A DNA stretch of 64,000 nt. Origin: Perkinsela sp. CCAP 1560/9. Lineage: Eukaryota > Protista > Euglenozoa: Kinetoplastea. Below are positions 58,030 through 64,000 of the stretch, piece by piece (the first letter of the stretch is position 1; the number at the start of each line of letters is the position of its first letter). The DNA is taken from the NCBI GenBank assembly GCA_965644495.1, contig CBFFSA010000009.1, positions 682,001-746,000 on the forward strand. Reading direction: 5' to 3'. The position numbers and the translations under genes are program-made. Below the pieces are notes generated by a model, which had not been told where the DNA came from, did not search any database, and saw only the letters and a program-made list of their open reading frames with translations.

Positions 58030-61000
58030 TGGCGGCAGTGTAACGTACGGCAGAAATCTCATGACCTTATTCAACCTAGCGGGGGCCAACATAAATTCAC
58101 TCAAGTTCTTTGTTCGAGCCCTGCAAGCAGAGGGAGCGGGAGAGCCGATGCACCAAATGACGCCGCTGACACCACACCTTCTTTGTCGTCTAAGATCAAA
58201 CCTGGAGGCGAACGAAAGTGTCACAATGCTAATATGTTGGAAGAGTGCATCGAGATGGAGCGAAACGGCTGCCCTGCGAAAGGAAAATTTTGTGGAAGTA
58301 AACTCCAACCGGATCATAATATGGTGGGGTCGAGGCACAAAGACCTCAAGATGCAACCCGTGGAAAAAATCAATGTATACAGTCATATCGGGACAGGGAA
58401 CTCTCGAAATAGCGGATCACCTACGTATTCTGAAGTCTTACGAAGTCCTGTGTCGAACAACAGTGCGAAAGATGGACAGCAAGATTCGCGACATTCTAGG
58501 TGCGGGGTTCGGGACTCATTCAGCCAAGAGGGGGGCAATTACAATGCTATTTCGAGAGGTAGCACAGGGAAAGTTAACATTGGAAGATTTGAAAAATTTG
58601 GCGAAGCATCAAGAGATCGAATCACTCCTCCGATACAACAGCGACCCAGTGACAACAGCTTTGGCGTTGGGAACCGCAAACGCGACCTCCCTCCTGAAAA
58701 CGCTATAGAATCAGGGTCTTTATTTCGCGAGTTCCTGCGGGACATGCCGCAGGAGAAAATCAAGCACACTATCGTGCGAACCAAAAGAACTACCAAGCTA
58801 GCGACGAAAGAGAATTTTCATTTACCGCTACATGTGAAATTTGACATTGCACAAATTAATTTCAAACGAGTCATGAGTTTAATGAATGAGGAAACGCGTC
58901 AGCGCTGCGAGTACCTACCACGTGAAATGTTTGCTCTGTTACCAGAACCAGAAAAAGAATCTCCTCAATTTTTCTTTGTCCCATTAAGCGATGTACAGTT
59001 ATTAATTGACGCAGGCTTTGTATCGAAAGTGTCCCACGAACAAGAGACAAAACGCCCGACAAATCAATGGGTCATTCCATTCACTGTAGTGGAGCCTGAC
59101 GGCGACGATGGTATCTGTGAAAGAAGAAGATTCATTGCATAGACGAGAGCAGACAACGCTCGAATTCGGGAATCGTACGTGCCTTCCATTCCTTTACGAC
59201 ATGCTGCCTACTATTTACACCAGGTGAAGCAAGATTACGGAATTAAAAGGGATCTCGCATGCAGTTTTTATCAAGTAGGAATTCCAATTGACTCGAGAGC
59301 AAAATTTCGTTTCCGATCAGTTGACTGTCGGAAATTTCGTTTCCGATCAGTCATGACTAACAGTTATGCCCATGGGACATCGATGTGCTCCAGAGTGGAT
59401 GCATTCGATTACCGCAGTTTTGGCTGGCGACCCGCAATCCTGTTCAAAAGAAGATAGATTTCCGGTAAAAGGCGCCGATGTTTACATTGATGGAATTCGT
59501 TTTGCCGGGGATTTCCAGACGGCGAGTAAGTTCCGTGAATTCGTAGATCGCAGGTCATCATTCATAAATGCAAGATTTAAAGACCACGGGACTCCTCCCC
59601 AGCAAAATTATATTTTCAATGGAGTGTCATATTTACATCGCGAGAAGAAAGTAGCGCTTGTGCCGAAAATTGTAGCACGGTTGAGAAAACATAGTTTCCG
59701 TACGATAACATACGACGATTTAGAATCAGCTGTAGGTAGAATGATATATGCATCCGGAATTTTGGGAGAACCGTTACCGGAGTATCACATGATATTAAAA
59801 ATTGTTCGACGACGCATAAATGCATTAAATCGGAATCCAGATTTGGGAATTAAACGCGCAATGTTGCCTGCTTATGTCGGAATCTCATTGACCAGATGGA
59901 ACAAAAAGTTGAGTAATATTCCTGTAACCCCTTTGCCGCACCCAGATGCCGTTCCGCACAATCACACGTTATTTACAGATGCCTCGTCCAAGGGATGGGG
60001 CGCCGTTCTATACTTAGATTATGGGCAAATGCTGTGTGCTGGAGATAAATGGCCCGAGGAATACGAGTACGAAGTCAACAAAGCGGAGGCGAGGGCCGTT
60101 CGTCTTGCTTTGGAGCACTTCGTTCATCGCTTTAATCGCGACACGTGTATCGACTTGTATATAGACAATACCTCCTGCTTAGCTGCGATGAAACGACAGG
60201 TCTCAAAATCAGATGGTATTACAACAGAATTAAAAGCAGTATTGAAAACGCTTCGACGACATGGCTTCGCAATATCCCCGCGTTATGTATCATCTGAAAA
60301 TAATCCTGCAGACCCAGTAAGCCGAGGACATTATTGATAGTAAATAGATGCACGCAATACATAATACAGCACACATAAATAAAAAACCTAACCCCGGAAA
60401 AAAGAAAAAAAAAAGAGAGAACATTTAAATCAACGACGGCGGCAAACTGGACGTGCGAAAGGGTGAATGGAACGTACGAGGGACTAGCGATTGGGTGGTC
60501 CCCGCGTGGGGCGGACTACCCGTTTGCAAGTGACAAAGAAGATGAATATGTTGAGGTATGAAAACGAGATATGAATGTGTAATATGAATCTGAATGTGAA
60601 TCACAGGAGTAAGATATCTGATAATGTACATCATGATATGAATGGGTTGAAAGTAAAGTGATGAGGTTGAACATGCTATAGGAGATTTGTTTCTGTTTGA
60701 ATTTATTTGTACTATGATGCGAGGCGCAATTCTAAGAGTTTACGATAAGAATTGTCCAGCGCATCATTTTGATTTTAATATTGATTTTGAATTTACATGA
60801 TTGAGCTTATTTTGCCGAATAGCCGGCGGGCATTGTACGCATGTTTTTGAAATTCAACTTGTGAGATAATATTAATGTACATGTGAATATGTATTAGCAT
60901 GAAGATTGATATAAGAATATTTTTTCATATTTCCGCGACGAAAAGTTTGCCCCGCCCACCATCCCCCATCCACTCCCCACGTGGGGCGGACTACCCGTTC

Positions 61001-61225
61001 GCAAGTGACAAAGAAGGTGAATATGACAAAGAAGGTGAAATATGTTGAGGTATGAAAACGAGATATGAATGTGTAATATGAATCTGAATGTGAATCACAG
61101 GAGTAAGATATCTGATAATGTACATCATGATATGAATGGGTTGAAAGTAAAGTGATGAGGTTGAACATGCTATAGGAGATTTGTTTCTGTTTGAATTTAT
61201 TTGTAGTATGATGCGAGGCACAATT
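58030..61225 (+). mobile_element. TATE/VIPER-like element: YR overlapping RT/RNase H, with terminal direct repeats
   Basis: YR WKSASRWSE..HSAKRG..H..LRY (to 58708). RT WVIPFT, RDLACSFYQ, MPMGH, YIDG. RH LFTDASSKGWGAV..NPADPVSR (to 60337). Direct repeat ~60505-60727 / ~60980-61222. Confidence 0.85.
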
Positions 61226-61230
61226 CTTCT

Positions 61231-62128
61231 TTGAAAGTTACCTTGTTGGGAGAAGTTCCGCTTGTAAAAACGTACCGGTACTTGGGGAGCTCCATAAATC
61301 CTGAGGACGCGCACTTTGCTCCCCGAGACCGTATTCGACTAGGATGGTACGCAATGCAAAGACTTAATCCGATATGGAAATCTTCACTTTCAACGCAATG
61401 TCGCTTAAGATTGTTTAAGATACTAGTTTTGTCTATTGTGTCCTATGGATGTAGTGCATGGAATGCATCTCAACTTGAGCTACACGATCTTGACATTGAA
61501 ATCTCAAAAATGCGTCGCATAGTGTGTGGAGTCAAGAACTCATGGGACAAAGAGAATGAGACTAGAATCTTTATATTGTGGGGATAAAAAGTTAAGCACC
61601 ATTGCGCGATGTCAGAGAGCAAAACTAATGGAACATCTTATACGACATTCTTCCATATTTTGTCAGGCTATGGGTTGGAGAGAAGAAGTAAATACCAAAT
61701 CAAAATCAATTCTAGAGGCGTGTGCACGCGACATTGGCATGAATGCGGCAGAACTTCTTTACTTCTCCATCAGTCGCGCATCTCTGAACTCTAAGATACA
61801 ACAACTAGAGGACCGGTTGGAGCCTCGCCCAAAATACGTCAAATGGAAAACAGGGCCGTGGGCAGGTAAACATCAAAGGGTTACTTCCTCCAAGGAGGCA
61901 CAATTCGTAGAAGAGGGCGATGTGCCGTTCAAAATTCGTGCAAATGAAATGCATTTATATACTGACGGGGCATTGTCTACAAAGAAAAATCAAATAGCAA
62001 CGGGATGTGCGTATGTATCGTTACGAGTTGGGAATCAAAAACTTATGGTAGGGATGCGCCCACCGGAAGATGTACCGTTTACCATTATGGCAGTTGAGGC
62101 GTATGGGGCATTTGCAGCATTGTTATGA
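61231..62128 (+). pseudogene. LINE fragment (RT thumb to RNase H start), related to the 17806 family
   Basis: YRYLG, RIRLGW..LNPIWKS, QFVEEGDVPF, LYTDG align with ORF 19306-21102. Confidence 0.8.
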
Positions 62129-62332
62129 GTTTACGAGATGAAATTTAGGAGACTATATATTAGGAGCATGATTATATATTGGCTGCCCCAAAAGGGGTCT
62201 AAACTATTTTTCTAATCCAGCCCCGAAATGGGTCTAAACTATTTGATTGTTTCAACGTGTTGTTATTATGAGATTTCATTATGTGAATAATGTATTAGTA
62301 ACATTCCTCCCTAAAACAACAAAAACGTTTCC

Positions 62333-64000
62333 ATGGCCGGTATCTTAAATACCGTACGACGCACATTGTTTATGGCGCGACAGGACAGCCCAAACCCTCA
62401 AGATCCCAATGAACCTGTCACACCTACTCTCAGACAAGGAAGAGAGCAACGACATACACTCAACCCGGAGCAAGTGGCGGCTTTGCTTCGTGGGGGAGAC
62501 GGCGCGGAGGCCATGACCGAGGAGGGTAAGATGGAGTTCGCCGCTAAGGTTAAGTCCTTAGTGGCGCGGGGTTACCAGGTGTCGGTCGAAGCGGTATGGG
62601 GCCATGTCGGGGATACGCATCGTCAGACAGTAGTTGGAAATATGTCGATCAAAGACGATGGGTCTGGAGCATTGGAGGCCAAGTGGTCGGACGAGCCTGG
62701 TTTGGCATATGATTTCCCCTACCCGGATATTAACTATTATTCTTTGGAAATCTCCAGCGCGCGTGCTGTGATGCCAGGGGGGCGGAAAACCGAGGACGGG
62801 CAACTGACACCGCAAATCGTAACGGACCCGGCAAAGTTTACAACTTACGCACCTTTAACATGGGGGCCGTGGCTTGAGTCAGAAGACGAGCTTCGCGTCC
62901 GGGACCTCATACGTGACCTCAGGTGTGCCCCAGAGTTTGGACTGTTGTTGCACCCTCCGCCCATTCGAGAGCGACTCTTTAAGATTGTCCAAGACTAGAT
63001 TTATGCGGCCCGTATGTACCCTATGTGGCGTGAAGAGCATTTTTTGGGCATAGTCCAAACGGCCATAGAGGAGTTGCGCAACCATTACTGGGGCACTCAG
63101 GGAATTCCGATTGAAAAATCTCCAGTTGAAACCCCACAAGGAAGACGAGACTAAGGATGCCTATACGAAGGCCGTGGCTGACGAGAAACTGCGACAACTC
63201 CGTACCGCAAAAGCGCCGGCGAAACCTGGTTTGCTCTGCTATAAATGCCACAGGCCAGGTCACATCCGCGCCTATTGCCCTACCCTAACTCAGGCACCAC
63301 AACGCACCTTTCAAACGGGTTTTCGCTCGGGGGTGACGAGCGGCACCGTTGGTGCAAAGAGGGGCCAATAGGGAAGGCCCCCCACCCCTTATTTCGCTCG
63401 TGCCCTGCAGGAGGGCGACTCAACCAGGAAATTTCGCACGTGCCCAGCTGCCGAAGAGGCGGCGGGTGAACTAATCCAGCGGCTATTCGTTTTTATCCGC
63501 GACATACATGCGGAGCGTTCCCTTGCCTGTGCGCCATGTCAGCCAAACCGCAACCTTCCGAACCAAAGAACCCCATTCCATCACCTCGGCGGCAAACGAC
63601 GCATCGACGCGAGCGACGGCAACCGACGCATCGATCACGAAGAGTTCGGTCTGCAAGCAAAGAGAAGGCTAACATGCACGATGTTGCGATTACATCCCCG
63701 GAGCACGGTGGTAGAACCATTGTGTCGCGCGATTGCACCTATGTGGACAAACAACACATGGACGTCCAGAAGTCGTCTCTGGGACCGACTTACCCGCTTC
63801 TGCAACGACGCAAACGTAGACATACGTAGAACCCGTCCAAGCAGTTGTATTTCTCGACCAGCTGAATCCGGCGCCCTCCACGGTTCTGTCGTATACCAGA
63901 AGCCTCCAATCCGTATTCAACCTCGCCAAAATCCCCACAGGCCCACTTCAGCTATACACGAAGGCTTTGCAGGCGAAAGGAGCGCTAGAACCCATAAGGC
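62333..64000 (+). mobile_element. 5' part of another TATE/VIPER-like element (gag with CCHC, YR start)
   Basis: ORF 62333-62998 and 63111-63371 (CYKCHRPGHIRAYC). The last ~150 bp encode STVLSYTRSL..KALQAKGALEP, similar to the 58030 YR N-terminus (RALQAEGAGEP). Confidence 0.72.

Overview
This window is eukaryotic and almost certainly euglenozoan (kinetoplastid/diplonemid-like). The evidence is eight copies of a spliced-leader (SL)-like sequence, TAACGATAAAGATACAGTTTCTGTACCTTGTTG. I see no host gene: the 64 kb is a nest of transposable elements. It holds a head-to-tail array of SL-headed CRE/SLACS-type RT-RLE retrotransposons in three subfamilies (11-46 kb), a HERO/NeSL-like RLE element, and four VIPER/TATE-like tyrosine-recombinase retroelements. 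It also holds APE-RT-RNase H LINE pieces, Tc1/IS630, pogo, hAT and Merlin DNA transposon relics, a MITE and a 19-20 bp satellite. Main observations: (1) SL-headed retroelements from two clades share a donor-less 'SL+AATTATTT' head. (2) Three of these families carry a different apparently host-derived N-terminal module: an Ataxin-2/Pbp1 LsmAD-like domain, four Mer3/HFM1-type zinc fingers, or zinc fingers plus a ubiquitin-like domain followed by tandem 2A-like peptides. (3) A ~230-nt structured RNA follows the stop codon of four CRE copies and assorts independently of ORF lineage. (4) A non-coding SINE-like family shares its covarying 3' stem-loops with the HERO-like LINE. All domain calls are by eye, with no database search, and boundaries without TSD/TIR support are approximate.
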